From the NCBI GenBank assembly GCA_963823335.1, contig CAWGLD010000001.1, forward strand, positions 992,001-1,056,000: DNA of 64,000 nt, in the 5' to 3' direction. Below the pieces are notes generated by a model. It saw nothing but the letters and a program-made list of their open reading frames with translations. It did not search any database and had not been told where the DNA came from. The stretch is from an uncultured delta proteobacterium (GTDB lineage: Bacteria; Desulfobacterota; Desulfobacteria; Desulfobacterales; B30-G6). Position 1 is the stretch's first letter. Each line of letters begins with the position of its first letter. The position numbers and the translations under genes are program-made. Shown here piece by piece: positions 29,045-38,889 of the stretch.

Positions 29045-29791
29045 CTACAAAGACGCTTCTTCCGTTAAGACCTTTTTCTTACCAAAAATCCGTGCACCAA
29101 TGATACTGATCTCATAGAGGACCATCAAGGGCAACGCCATCATGATCTGTGTCACAACATCGGGCGGGGTTAATATAGCGGCGCCGGTAAAAAAAAGGAG
29201 CAATGCATACTTTCTGTTTTTCTTTAAAAATTCAACTGAAACAACCCCAAGTCTCGCTAGAAACGTAATGATGATAGGTAATTCAAACACCAGACCAAAT
29301 GCCAGGAGCAGCTTGGATGAGAAACTGAGATATTCCTTCATGGACGGCAGCGGTCTGATGGTTTCAGAGGCAAATCCAAGAAAAAATTTAAATCCCCAGG
29401 GAAAAACAATAAAATAACCGAACAGGGCGCCCCCGATAAAGAAAAGCGAGGATAAAAAAACAACCGGAAGCAGCAGGCGTTTTTCCTGCTGATATAATCC
29501 CGGCGCGGTGAACATCCAGAATTGATAAATGATAATGGGAGAGGCCAATAATATCCCGGACAGGAACGCGGTTTTCAGAAAGGTAAAAAAAGCTTCTGGA
29601 AGGTTGGTATAAATGAGTGTTTCACCGGTTTTCATCACCGAAATCAAGGGTGCTGTCAGTATCTGGAACAGTTTTTCCTTGAAAGCATAAGACAAGACAA
29701 AACCGACCCCTACGGCGATAAAAGATTTGATAAGGCGGTTTCTCAGTTCTTCAAGGTGGGAGGCAAAAGGGCGTTTGTCATCCTCTTTCAT
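29045..29791 (-). CDS. tatC: Twin-arginine translocase subunit TatC
   Basis: HLEELRNRL, PGLY..E, FELP and ILTPPD motifs. Confidence 0.96.
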   Translation of the reverse strand: MKEDDKRPFASHLEELRNRLIKSFIAVGVGFVLSYAFKEKLFQILTAPLISVMKTGETLIYTNLPEAFFTFLKTAFLSGILLASPIIIYQFWMFTAPGLYQQEKRLLLPVVFLSSLFFIGGALFGYFIVFPWGFKFFLGFASETIRPLPSMKEYLSFSSKLLLAFGLVFELPIIITFLARLGVVSVEFLKKNRKYALLLFFTGAAILTPPDVVTQIMMALPLMVLYEISIIGARIFGKKKVLTEEASL

Positions 29792-30251
29792 CGCGGTTGG
29801 GTTCCTCTTTCTTCGCGTCAGGACTGATTCCAGATTTATCGGTTTCTGCGATGGTGTTGGCGGAAGGATCGGCATCTTTGTGGTTCATGCCATCAAATGC
29901 CTGCTTCAGGTCCCCGAGTGCTTCATCGGTGTCTGTCTTCTGGCTGTTCTGATATTCAGGGGATATGCTGGTTGCACTGTCTACCGCCTTGCTGGTGTCT
30001 GGCTGGTATTCTTCGATATTGTCGAAAGTAACCGTTTCTTTTATATCTTTCTGGATATCCGTGAAGGATTCCTTGACTTCTTTAAAGTCGACATCCGCAC
30101 TGATGGACTGCTTGATTTCACTGGTGGCCTTCTTAAACTCACCCATGGCCCGGCCAAGGGATTTGGCAAGATCGGGAAGTTTTTTTGGGCCGATAACAAT
30201 GAGAGCGATTGCCAGAATCAACAGCATTTCCGGCATACCAATACCAAACAT
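29778..30251 (-). CDS. tatB: Twin-arginine translocase subunit, TatB-like
   Basis: MFGIGMPE...GPKKLP, long acidic tail, directly upstream of tatC. Confidence 0.8.
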   Translation of the reverse strand: MFGIGMPEMLLILAIALIVIGPKKLPDLAKSLGRAMGEFKKATSEIKQSISADVDFKEVKESFTDIQKDIKETVTFDNIEEYQPDTSKAVDSATSISPEYQNSQKTDTDEALGDLKQAFDGMNHKDADPSANTIAETDKSGISPDAKKEEPNRDERG

Positions 30252-30405
30252 ATGATCTCCTAACTGCCCGAAAATATTTAATACATGTGGCCTGTCATCC
30301 ATTTTATGGCTACAGGAATTTTTTAATCAGGTTTTTGATAAGCAAGGTGTTTCATTTCGGGCGAACTGCTCTGAGATATATTATAAACAGCCGATGTGTC
30401 AACCA

Positions 30406-31632
30406 TTATGCGTCATCCAACTTAAGGACAAGAAAATAAAAGACGCCGGTATGCTGCATGTAACCTGCTGCGAGCTCTGCATAAGGACTATTTCCCCAAA
30501 AGAGATCGGCACGACCCGGTCCCCGGATAGCTCCACCGGTGTCCTGATTGAGGACAAACCCTTTAAACGTGTCCCATGTATTGATTTGTCCTTCCGAATC
30601 TACAACCGGCCTGGATGTTTCGATATAAACAAGGGCAGCGGGCGGAAAGATGCGACGGTCCAGGGCAAGAGATCTTTCGGCGGTCAACGGTACCTGCAGG
30701 TATCCGATAGGTCCTTCTTTTTCCAACTTGAAAAACACGTAACTTGGATTATGGTTTAAAATCCAATCCATTTCATCCGGGTTTGCTTGTAAATAGGAGC
30801 GGATTTTCTGCATGGACATCTCTTCTCTGGCTATTTTCTCTTCGTCGATGAGCAGTTTTCCGATGCTGCGATACGGATGCCCGTTGGTGGTGTGGTAGTG
30901 AAGATTTATTTGGTCACCATCCGGCAGCAGGACCCGGCCGGATCCTTGAATTTGAAGAAAAAACAAATCGACAGGGTCTTTTAGCCAGGCGAGGGGTTCG
31001 CTGGTCTCTGATAATGTCTCCGGCTCACTGATCTGCTTTCGTTCATAGTAGGGAACGATGGTATTACCGGTATACCTTCCCACAATTTTTTCACCGGAAA
31101 AGCGTTCCGAGAAAAGAGACAGATCGATGGCGATCAAGTCTGAGGGGGTGGCATATACTGGGAACCGATAGGTTTCGGTTGGTACGAGACTTCCCAGGAT
31201 CGTTGGTTCGTAATATCCGGTAAAAAGAACTTCTCTTTTACGATTGCTCCCAACAGATTGATATACCATATAGTTTGAGGAAATAAACCGCTTGAGTTCT
31301 TCCCGGGAAGGATTCTTATCTATAAAATTTAAAAACAGTTCATGAGAAGCAATGAGATGCGCTGCAGTGAAGAGATCTTTTCCAAAGGAAAATTCACGGT
31401 CTGCCGGGACCCTTCGTAAATAGGCCAGGCTTTGCTCGATACTGGCACCCAGGTCTTTGTAGGCGTGATCGTCGGAAAACTCGGGGTACTGGGTAATCTT
31501 TAACTTTTTCAGGGATGTTTTTGAAGTAATATCCGGTGCCTTCAGAAAGAAGCCGCATCCCGAAAATGAAAAAAGAATGAAAATTAGACCGAGCAACCAG
31601 GGCAGGCTCGTTTTTGAGACAGAAGTGTGCAT
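30406..31632 (-). CDS. mltA: Membrane-bound lytic murein transglycosylase A
   Basis: Lipobox FSGC, TGYYEP, QIQGSG, NPSYVFF and DTGGAIRGPGRADLFWG motifs. Confidence 0.93.
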   Translation of the reverse strand: MHTSVSKTSLPWLLGLIFILFSFSGCGFFLKAPDITSKTSLKKLKITQYPEFSDDHAYKDLGASIEQSLAYLRRVPADREFSFGKDLFTAAHLIASHELFLNFIDKNPSREELKRFISSNYMVYQSVGSNRKREVLFTGYYEPTILGSLVPTETYRFPVYATPSDLIAIDLSLFSERFSGEKIVGRYTGNTIVPYYERKQISEPETLSETSEPLAWLKDPVDLFFLQIQGSGRVLLPDGDQINLHYHTTNGHPYRSIGKLLIDEEKIAREEMSMQKIRSYLQANPDEMDWILNHNPSYVFFKLEKEGPIGYLQVPLTAERSLALDRRIFPPAALVYIETSRPVVDSEGQINTWDTFKGFVLNQDTGGAIRGPGRADLFWGNSPYAELAAGYMQHTGVFYFLVLKLDDA

Positions 31633-33161
31633 CAGGAATCGTCCATTCTAAGTGTTCGTATGGTTGAGTCAATATGTGTCACGGTCAATGTTTTGTTTTG
31701 ATCTTTTTGGGTAATACCCAGATCCTTAAACTTTCGGGCAGAGCTGAGAACCCTGCGTTCCAGAGATCCGACAACCTTGTTGTATGTGTGGGTGGAGCGT
31801 TCGATATCCCTGCCAAGATTGTTGATGTGTTGCCCCATGGTTGAAAGACGCTCAAACAGCTCTGCGCCTAATTCACTGATTTTTCGGGCATTTTCGGTCA
31901 ATTTTTCCTGCTGCCATCCAAAGGCAACTGTTTTTAGGAGAGAAATCAGTGTTGTTGGGGTGGCTAGAATCACGTTTTTTTGGACCCCCAGTTCAATCAG
32001 TTGTGGATTCTTTGACAATGCGGCAGAGAAGAAATTTTCGCCCGGAATAAACAAGACAACGAATTCCGGCGTGGGCTTGAATTGTGTCCAGTAGGCTTTT
32101 TGGGATAACTGGTTGATATGTGTTTTAATGTGCCTGGCGTGAGTTGTGAGACGCTCTTCTCTTTCCTCTTCTGAATCAGCCTCGAGGGCATCTATATAGG
32201 CGACAAGAGGCACCTTGGCATCGATGATGATCTGTCGTTGACCCGGGAGCTGAATCACCATGTCAGGTCTCAAAAGACCCTCTTCGGAACGCGTGGAGGC
32301 CTGTTCGAAAAAATCACAATGGTTTTGCATGCCGCTGAGTTCCGCAACACGTCGTAAGGTAATCTCACCCCATCGTCCACGAATATGCGGCACCCGCAGG
32401 GCATTGACCAGTTTCCCGGTTTCTTTTTGCAAGATATCCTGGGTCTGAATCAGCGACTGAACCTGGGCAGACAGGCCCCCGTAAGCCTTTTCCCTGGACC
32501 GTTCCATAGCCTGAATGTGCTCATCATAACGGTTGAGGGCTTCGTGGAGAGGCAGAATACTTTCTTTAACAGCCTTTCCGCGTGTTTCAAAGTCTGTCTT
32601 AGCGGAGTCGATATATTTTGAAAATGTGGATTTGGCAAGATCAATGAAAATCTGATTGTTTTCCCTGAGGGCACCTGCAGAAAGGGCTTTGTATGTTTCT
32701 GTCAAGCTGGTTCGGAGTTCCTGCAGCAATGACACTTTTTCGTCGAAAGAAGTCTTTTCTTTGTCTATGGTGGTTTTCAGGGTTGCTATCTGTTCCCTTG
32801 ATTCGGAAATCGTTGCCCGAAGATCCACTAGCTCCTGCTCGCGTGTTTTGAGGGTGTTTTGAAGTGCCGCCATGTGCTCCAGCTTGCTTGACGCGGCGGA
32901 CCGTTCTTGTGAAACTTGGAGCAACTGACTTGTTAGGGATTTTATCTCTACTTGAAAGTCCGCCGACCGGGTCTTGAAATCCTCGATTTCTTCCTTTTTA
33001 TTATGGAGTGTTTCCATGTGGGTCTCGGCTTCGGCTTTGCTTTTCACAAGCGAAGGTGTCAATCGGTATTTTGCCAAAAGCCATCCAAGCAGAAGCCCCA
33101 TGAGGGTAGCTGCGGTCAAGATGAGTGAGGTTTCAAGTACCGACAGATTCATAGACATCAT
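31632..33161 (-). CDS. rmuC: DNA recombination protein RmuC
   Basis: N-terminal TM and coiled coil, RGRWGE..L, RPD.VI.LP, IDAKVP and LATPTTL motifs. Confidence 0.93.
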   Translation of the reverse strand: MMSMNLSVLETSLILTAATLMGLLLGWLLAKYRLTPSLVKSKAEAETHMETLHNKKEEIEDFKTRSADFQVEIKSLTSQLLQVSQERSAASSKLEHMAALQNTLKTREQELVDLRATISESREQIATLKTTIDKEKTSFDEKVSLLQELRTSLTETYKALSAGALRENNQIFIDLAKSTFSKYIDSAKTDFETRGKAVKESILPLHEALNRYDEHIQAMERSREKAYGGLSAQVQSLIQTQDILQKETGKLVNALRVPHIRGRWGEITLRRVAELSGMQNHCDFFEQASTRSEEGLLRPDMVIQLPGQRQIIIDAKVPLVAYIDALEADSEEEREERLTTHARHIKTHINQLSQKAYWTQFKPTPEFVVLFIPGENFFSAALSKNPQLIELGVQKNVILATPTTLISLLKTVAFGWQQEKLTENARKISELGAELFERLSTMGQHINNLGRDIERSTHTYNKVVGSLERRVLSSARKFKDLGITQKDQNKTLTVTHIDSTIRTLRMDDS

Positions 33162-33655
33162 TTGTCCAGGTCAAGGGCTGTCCGACGAACAAAATCACCG
33201 CTCTTTCCGCCGGATTTTTTTAAGAGACAAACACTTGAAATATAAATATCTTTATCAAAAGACTTACACATATCGTAGATCGTCAGGGCTGCAATACAGA
33301 CTGCCGTGAGTGCTTCCATCTCGATACCTGTTTGGTCGACGATTCGCATCAGGGCCTCTATGCGAATCTCGTGTCGCTGTTTGTCCGGGAAAAAATCGAT
33401 TTGCGCATGAGTGATGTTGAGAGGATGACACATGGGTATAAGGGACGACGTTTTTTTGGCTGCCATAATACCGGCAATTCTGGCTGTTTCAAGCACGTTT
33501 CCCTTTTGGACATTCTGAGTGAGGATGCGATCGAAGGTGTCCGGTTGCATGTGGACAACAGCCTGAGCCAGAGCTTTGCGAAGCGACGGTTTTTTTTCGG
33601 TAACATCCACCATTCTGACCCGGCCCTTGGCGTCGATATGTGAAAAATCTGCCAT
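33158..33655 (-). CDS. moaC: Cyclic pyranopterin monophosphate synthase
   Basis: MVDV..K, LIPMCHP, TGIEMEAL and KSGGKSG motifs. Confidence 0.96.
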   Translation of the reverse strand: MADFSHIDAKGRVRMVDVTEKKPSLRKALAQAVVHMQPDTFDRILTQNVQKGNVLETARIAGIMAAKKTSSLIPMCHPLNITHAQIDFFPDKQRHEIRIEALMRIVDQTGIEMEALTAVCIAALTIYDMCKSFDKDIYISSVCLLKKSGGKSGDFVRRTALDLDK

Positions 33656-33700
33656 TTTATATCCTTATCTTGTAGCGTAAACTGATTGTAGAAGGATGCT

Positions 33701-34066
33701 TCATGTGTTTTTAAAAAATTCTGTTTTTTGGGTTGCTGTCGATTTAATGGCATCCAAGGTGTCCTTCAGGGTGTGGATCACATTTTCCCGTATGTCGCCC
33801 GCGACCACCAGATACATGACATCATCCCCCACAGACAGTATCTGGTCTTCCTTTATTTCCACGAGAATATCAATGATACCGGGATCCTGTTTGCGTTCTT
33901 GAATGATACTGCGCAGCCGGGTGTGATCCACATGTATCGTTAACCCCGTGACCGTCTTGCCATCACGTGAGGTGCTCCGGACAATTCCGTTGTGACATAG
34001 AATCATACCGGCCTTTGCATACTCCGGATGACGCTTTATTTTATGAAATAGCTGTTTGATTCCCAT
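33701..34066 (-). CDS. moaE: Molybdopterin synthase catalytic subunit, short variant
   Basis: GMILCHNGIVR, LSVGDD..VVAGDIR and terminal KTE. Lies in the Moco cluster. Confidence 0.8.
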   Translation of the reverse strand: MGIKQLFHKIKRHPEYAKAGMILCHNGIVRSTSRDGKTVTGLTIHVDHTRLRSIIQERKQDPGIIDILVEIKEDQILSVGDDVMYLVVAGDIRENVIHTLKDTLDAIKSTATQKTEFFKNT

Positions 34067-34667
34067 TTTCTTTGATCATCCTGTTTGCTTGTTCCAGATC
34101 TTCTGGTGTGTTGATGTTAAAAAACGAGACAAGATCGGAATCCATTTTTCGTAATACAGTTTCCGGGACTTCTTTTACCTTTAGTTTGCTGAAAAGATTC
34201 CGTATTTTGAGACTATCCTGCTCCAGGGCAGCCTGGACAGTTTGAAGACACCGCCGGGAATAAACAGCACACAAAGGTTCAATCCCAACACGTGTTCTCG
34301 GAATAACCACGTCAGCACTGGAATCGATATGCTGTATAATGGTTTTTACCAACGCCACTTTCAGGAAAGGGGTATCGCACGCCGCTATGAATGCATGCTC
34401 GGTGTTTGTATAAAACAAACCAGAGTGAATCCCGGTCAAGGAACTTCTTTTGGTATAGATATCCTTAGCGACGATGGCGTCCCATTCAAGATATGCTGTG
34501 GGATGATTGGAGACCAGGATGATTTCACTAAAGAGCTTTTCATAAACGGTCATCATCTGCTCGATGATACGTTTGTCTCCCACGAGGAGGTTCGATTTTT
34601 CGACACTGTTCAGCCTTTTGCTTTCGCCTCCCGCCAATATGATACCAGTGCACATTTGCTGTGTCAT
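34041..34667 (-). CDS. mobA: Molybdenum cofactor guanylyltransferase
   Basis: ILAGGESKR, ACDTPF, EPLCAVY and FFNINTPED motifs. Confidence 0.92.
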   Translation of the reverse strand: MTQQMCTGIILAGGESKRLNSVEKSNLLVGDKRIIEQMMTVYEKLFSEIILVSNHPTAYLEWDAIVAKDIYTKRSSLTGIHSGLFYTNTEHAFIAACDTPFLKVALVKTIIQHIDSSADVVIPRTRVGIEPLCAVYSRRCLQTVQAALEQDSLKIRNLFSKLKVKEVPETVLRKMDSDLVSFFNINTPEDLEQANRMIKENGNQTAIS

Positions 34668-34976
34668 CGGAAAAAATTCAGTGATTTTATGCCAAACAAT
34701 ACGCTGAATCAGCGTGATGCCGCTTTCACCTAAGTGGCTTGTTTATATTTAGGTTTCAGGTAAAAAATTATCAACCCGACCAAGCATCCACATTAAAAGA
34801 CAACCGGTTTAAAATCAAGGCCAGAATTTTATTGTTTTCCGAGGTGTTCCGTGCGAGTCGACAATCAATGCTACGTTTTTATTTGTCAATTGAAGAAGAG
34901 GTGGTCTATATTGTGAGAACACCAGATCTTGGGATTGAGTACTACCGATCACAGGCGACACCACAAAGGAGAGAGG

Positions 34977-35483
34977 ATGGGGACAAAAGAACATAAAAAA
35001 GACACATTGAAAGTACTTAAGATAGCCATCATATCGGTGTCAAGTACACGAACGATCGCCGAAGATGACAGTGGTTTATGGATGAAGAAAAGGTCTGAAA
35101 AGGAAGGGCATACCGTCGTTTTGCACAGGGTTGTCCCGGATGACAAAAGACACATTGCAGCAGCTTTGTCTGAGGCTATCAAGCTGGCGGGTGCCCAGGC
35201 GATCTTGTTAACGGGGGGTACAGGCATCAGCAGTAAAGATGTGACCATTGAAGCTGTATCGCCCTTGTTTCAAAAAGAACTTACGGCCTTTGGACCTGTA
35301 TTTGCACAATTAAGTTTAGAAAAAATTGATTCCGCTGCCATTATGTCCCGTGCTACTGCTGGGATTGTCGGCAGGACGGCAGTTTTTTGCATGCCCGGCA
35401 GCCTCAGGGCCTGCAAGCTTGCCTGCAAGGCCTTAATTTTTCCAGAACTGGGGCATCTCCTCAAACACATATACCATGGTTAA
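34977..35483 (+). CDS. MogA/MoaB family molybdopterin adenylyltransferase
   Basis: DDSG, VPDD, TGGTGISSKDVTIEA, SRATAG and MPGS motifs. Confidence 0.92.
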   Translation: MGTKEHKKDTLKVLKIAIISVSSTRTIAEDDSGLWMKKRSEKEGHTVVLHRVVPDDKRHIAAALSEAIKLAGAQAILLTGGTGISSKDVTIEAVSPLFQKELTAFGPVFAQLSLEKIDSAAIMSRATAGIVGRTAVFCMPGSLRACKLACKALIFPELGHLLKHIYHG

Positions 35484-35519
35484 AAACAGCTTTAGAGATA
35501 GGGACTTTAATTTTTGAAA

Positions 35520-36866
35520 ATGAAAAACGCTGCCTGTTCCGCAACGAACCAAAAATGGTTGACAGCTGTTGTGGCCAATCCTGCTGGGGAGATCTTTGAA
35601 CTGGATGGATATGCCGCGGTGGGTATGTCAGGGACGGCCTTGAAACCCTTAGTGGTGGATGAAACGATGCCGATACCTTTCGGCAGCGAGCTGATGCTCT
35701 TGCCCGAGCGGACGCCGATGCTGTATCATGTGCAGAGCAGACAGTTTGAAGTGATGACACACAACCCCTATCTTCCCTCAGAGAGGATATATCCTGTGGC
35801 GGCATTTAACTCTCCCGGATATATTGTCACACATGCCAGTGGCTATCAGGCCACCAAACACGTCAAATCTCTGCCGCTCTTTTCATATGGAGCGGTGGGC
35901 TGGCACCAGGACATGTTCCGATCCGCCGTTATATGTGTCGACGAGGAAAGACGGCAAGACCTCCGGCTGATGAAGAAAGGTGATGTTCTTGCGGGCGTGG
36001 AAGGCATGCGCAAAAAACTACCCGGCAACCGGTTGAGAGAGCATCTTGAAACGTGTGCACTGGTCTATGGATGTCCTGCAGGGAAAAATTTTTTCCTGAG
36101 CCGATACGAGGCGCCCTTGCCAACAGCAGGGGCTTGCAATGCCAGCTGTCTGGGGTGTTTGTCTCTTCAAAAAGATGAGGAGATACCCTGCAGTCAGGAA
36201 AGGATATCGTTTACACCGCGACCGGAGGAAATTGCAGCGGTCGCCCTGACCCATATAGAAAATGTTGCCAAAGGCATCGTCAGCTTTGGTCAGGGTTGTG
36301 AAGGGGATCCCTTGCTGGCGACCCATGTCATAGAACCGGCCGTCCATCTGATACGTTCCAAAACAGATCAGGGTACGATCCATGTGAATACCAACGGCAG
36401 TCTCACCAAAGAACTCGAACGCTTAATTTCGGCCGGCATCGACAGTGTTCGAATCAGCATCAACAGTTTCAGAGAAAAGTGGTATCATGCCTACTTTCGA
36501 CCAAGGGGTTATGATTTTTCCGATGTCATGAACAGTATTGGGCTTTCTTTGGAGAGAGGTCTCTATGTTTCGATCAATTATCTGAACATGCCCGGTCTAA
36601 CCGACACACCGGAAGAGATTGAAAACCTGTTTTCATTTCTAAAGAGCCATCCGATTCATCGGATTCAGTGGAGAAACCTGAATTTTGATCCTCTTCGTTA
36701 TTATGAGACCATGCACCGTGCTGCGTCATGTGGAGACGCGCTAGGTGTTTCGTACTTGCTCAAGCGTATCCAAAAGGCATTTCCCGACCTGTCTTTTGGA
36801 TACTTTAATCCGCCCAAGGAAGAATGGGGCTTTATCAAAACGATAGACCATAAAACAATGTCATGA
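35520..36866 (+). CDS. Radical SAM protein of unknown function
   Basis: CNASCLGC (CxxxCxxC), SFGQGCEGDP, NTNG and RISINS, after an N-terminal extension of about 200 aa. Confidence 0.88.
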   Translation: MKNAACSATNQKWLTAVVANPAGEIFELDGYAAVGMSGTALKPLVVDETMPIPFGSELMLLPERTPMLYHVQSRQFEVMTHNPYLPSERIYPVAAFNSPGYIVTHASGYQATKHVKSLPLFSYGAVGWHQDMFRSAVICVDEERRQDLRLMKKGDVLAGVEGMRKKLPGNRLREHLETCALVYGCPAGKNFFLSRYEAPLPTAGACNASCLGCLSLQKDEEIPCSQERISFTPRPEEIAAVALTHIENVAKGIVSFGQGCEGDPLLATHVIEPAVHLIRSKTDQGTIHVNTNGSLTKELERLISAGIDSVRISINSFREKWYHAYFRPRGYDFSDVMNSIGLSLERGLYVSINYLNMPGLTDTPEEIENLFSFLKSHPIHRIQWRNLNFDPLRYYETMHRAASCGDALGVSYLLKRIQKAFPDLSFGYFNPPKEEWGFIKTIDHKTMS

Positions 36867-37798
36867 AATGGATAGCGGCAAAAATTATTTTTGGCCATGA
36901 GAATACGCAGCTCGCGACGGATTTGATTGCAGATGTGTTCTACGGTCTTGGCTTGAAAGGTGTCGAGATCGAGGGCCAGGATCTCGAACCGGAAGAAGGG
37001 TGGGGTGAGGCTGCTTGCAGGGGGTCCTTGCAACACGCTGTTATCGGGTTTTTTCCGGATACGCCACAATCGATCCAAAAGCTAAATGAGCTGGAGCAAA
37101 AGATTCGGTCTTTGGAACATACCTTCGGGATTCGCAGTCGCAAAGAATACCGACAGATAGATGAAGAAGATTGGGCTGAATCCTGGAAGGCATTTTTTTG
37201 GCCCCAGCGCATTACTCCCAGGATAGCGGTTAAACCGACCTGGCGAGAGTACAAGGCTGAATCCGATGAAATTGTGCTGGAAATCGATCCCGGCATGGCA
37301 TTTGGTACCGGGACACACCCGACAACATCATTATGCATCGCGCTCATAGAAAGATATCTCTCGACAGGAGCTGCTTTCTTGGATGTTGGAACAGGATCGG
37401 GAATATTAATGGTTGCAGCTGCCAAGCTGGGTGCAGGCAGACTTGTCGGTATTGATAATGATGAGATTTCCCTGGGAATAGCGGAAAAGAATCTTCAATT
37501 GAACCATATAAGCCCATCATGTTTTGAATTAAAGGCCGGAAACCTAGCAGATGGTATTGATGGTCGATTTGACCTTATCGTGGCCAACATTTTATCGGAA
37601 GCGATTTTAAACCTTCTTGAAACGATTCGCCGGCAAATGCTGCCAAAGAGTGTCTTGATCTGTTCGGGTATTTATAAGGATCGTTGTGGAGATGTTTTGA
37701 AAAAGATGCAGCAACAGGGTCTGAAAATTATAGAAGAGCGGCATGAGGACAGCTGGGTAGCGATTGCCTGCACCAACCCGGATTCCTCAGCGGCCTGA
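36863..37798 (+). CDS. prmA: Ribosomal protein L11 methyltransferase
   Basis: EEDWAESWK, IDPGMAFGTGTHPTT, LDVGTGSGIL and VANIL motifs. Confidence 0.94.
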   Translation: MKWIAAKIIFGHENTQLATDLIADVFYGLGLKGVEIEGQDLEPEEGWGEAACRGSLQHAVIGFFPDTPQSIQKLNELEQKIRSLEHTFGIRSRKEYRQIDEEDWAESWKAFFWPQRITPRIAVKPTWREYKAESDEIVLEIDPGMAFGTGTHPTTSLCIALIERYLSTGAAFLDVGTGSGILMVAAAKLGAGRLVGIDNDEISLGIAEKNLQLNHISPSCFELKAGNLADGIDGRFDLIVANILSEAILNLLETIRRQMLPKSVLICSGIYKDRCGDVLKKMQQQGLKIIEERHEDSWVAIACTNPDSSAA

Positions 37799-37917
37799 TA
37801 CGCCCATTTGGGGCGTTATCCGAGGATTGCAGTTTCAAGTATGTTGTTGAGGACTTTAAACGAGGACCCAACGCAGGATTTGGGCCAAAAGACATTTTTA
37901 ATATAGCTTCTATATAT

Positions 37918-38889
37918 TCATCCGGAAATGTGGACCACTTCCGAAACCGGCACAAACCGGACCTTTTGTTTCAGATCAGGCAGTGCGGTCTTTAGCACCT
38001 GATAGGTTTTTGTATAGGGGTGTGCAATTCCGATGGCCTCGCCGTGTGCGGTTGCTATACGAACAAGCTCATAAAGCTGTTTCTTGATGAAGTCTTTGTC
38101 TTGAAAATGATCAATAAAAACATCTCGTTCTCCAAAGGGTAGCTGTAAGAGATCCGCCGAAGGACGACAGATCGTTTTTTCTGTTGTCCGGCTGTCAATG
38201 AAATAAAGGTTACGCTGTTTCAGTACTGAGAAAACCTGGCGCATTTGAGAGGAGCTGGCTGTCATTTTTGAGCCCATGTGGTTGTTGACGCCTGACACAA
38301 AAGGCATGTCCTCGAGGTTCTGAATGAGCTGTTGAACCAGTTCGTCCGGTGTCATGCTTGTCAGCAGCGTGCCCGGGCCCGGGTTGATTCGTGGATATTC
38401 AAAGGGCTCCATGGGCTGGTGAAGCATGATTTCGACATGGTTCTTTCGGGCCTCGCCAAGAATGCTTTTTGTAAAGGGACTCTTTGGGAGCATCGAGAGT
38501 GTAATGGGAAGATTTAAACTGAGAAATTTTTTTACGACGGCACGATCATAACCGATATCATCTATAATGATGGCGATTCGTGGTGTCTTTTCCAGCGGTG
38601 CTGTTTTAGCCGGCTTTTTTTCTTTTGGCAGAGGGATATCCTTTTCAGGATATATCTCAAATTGAAGGTCAGGTGTGTGGTGCCGCCCTTTTTCAAAACT
38701 GCCTTCAATCATCGTGACGGGGCGTCTCTTTGAGAGAAGGTGCTGTGTCAGGGTGCCAGCTAGGACGATAAGAACGAGTAACACGGCCAGACCCAGCGGA
38801 ATCTTAATAAACTGTCGAAGCTGATTTTTCTTTTTGGCGGTTTTAGCTTTTCTTGCGACGGTTCTTTTTTTGCGTCGCTTACTTGGCAT
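37918..38889 (-). CDS. Divergent polysaccharide deacetylase (YibQ-like)
   Basis: AIIIDDIG, LHQPMEP, NNHMGS, FIDSRT and IAHP motifs. Confidence 0.92.
   Translation of the reverse strand: MPSKRRKKRTVARKAKTAKKKNQLRQFIKIPLGLAVLLVLIVLAGTLTQHLLSKRRPVTMIEGSFEKGRHHTPDLQFEIYPEKDIPLPKEKKPAKTAPLEKTPRIAIIIDDIGYDRAVVKKFLSLNLPITLSMLPKSPFTKSILGEARKNHVEIMLHQPMEPFEYPRINPGPGTLLTSMTPDELVQQLIQNLEDMPFVSGVNNHMGSKMTASSSQMRQVFSVLKQRNLYFIDSRTTEKTICRPSADLLQLPFGERDVFIDHFQDKDFIKKQLYELVRIATAHGEAIGIAHPYTKTYQVLKTALPDLKQKVRFVPVSEVVHISG

Noticed and set aside
35520-36866. Radical SAM protein as MoaA
   Set aside because: It lacks the MoaA C-terminal CxxC-x13-C motif and terminal GG, and the SAM motif is mid-protein.
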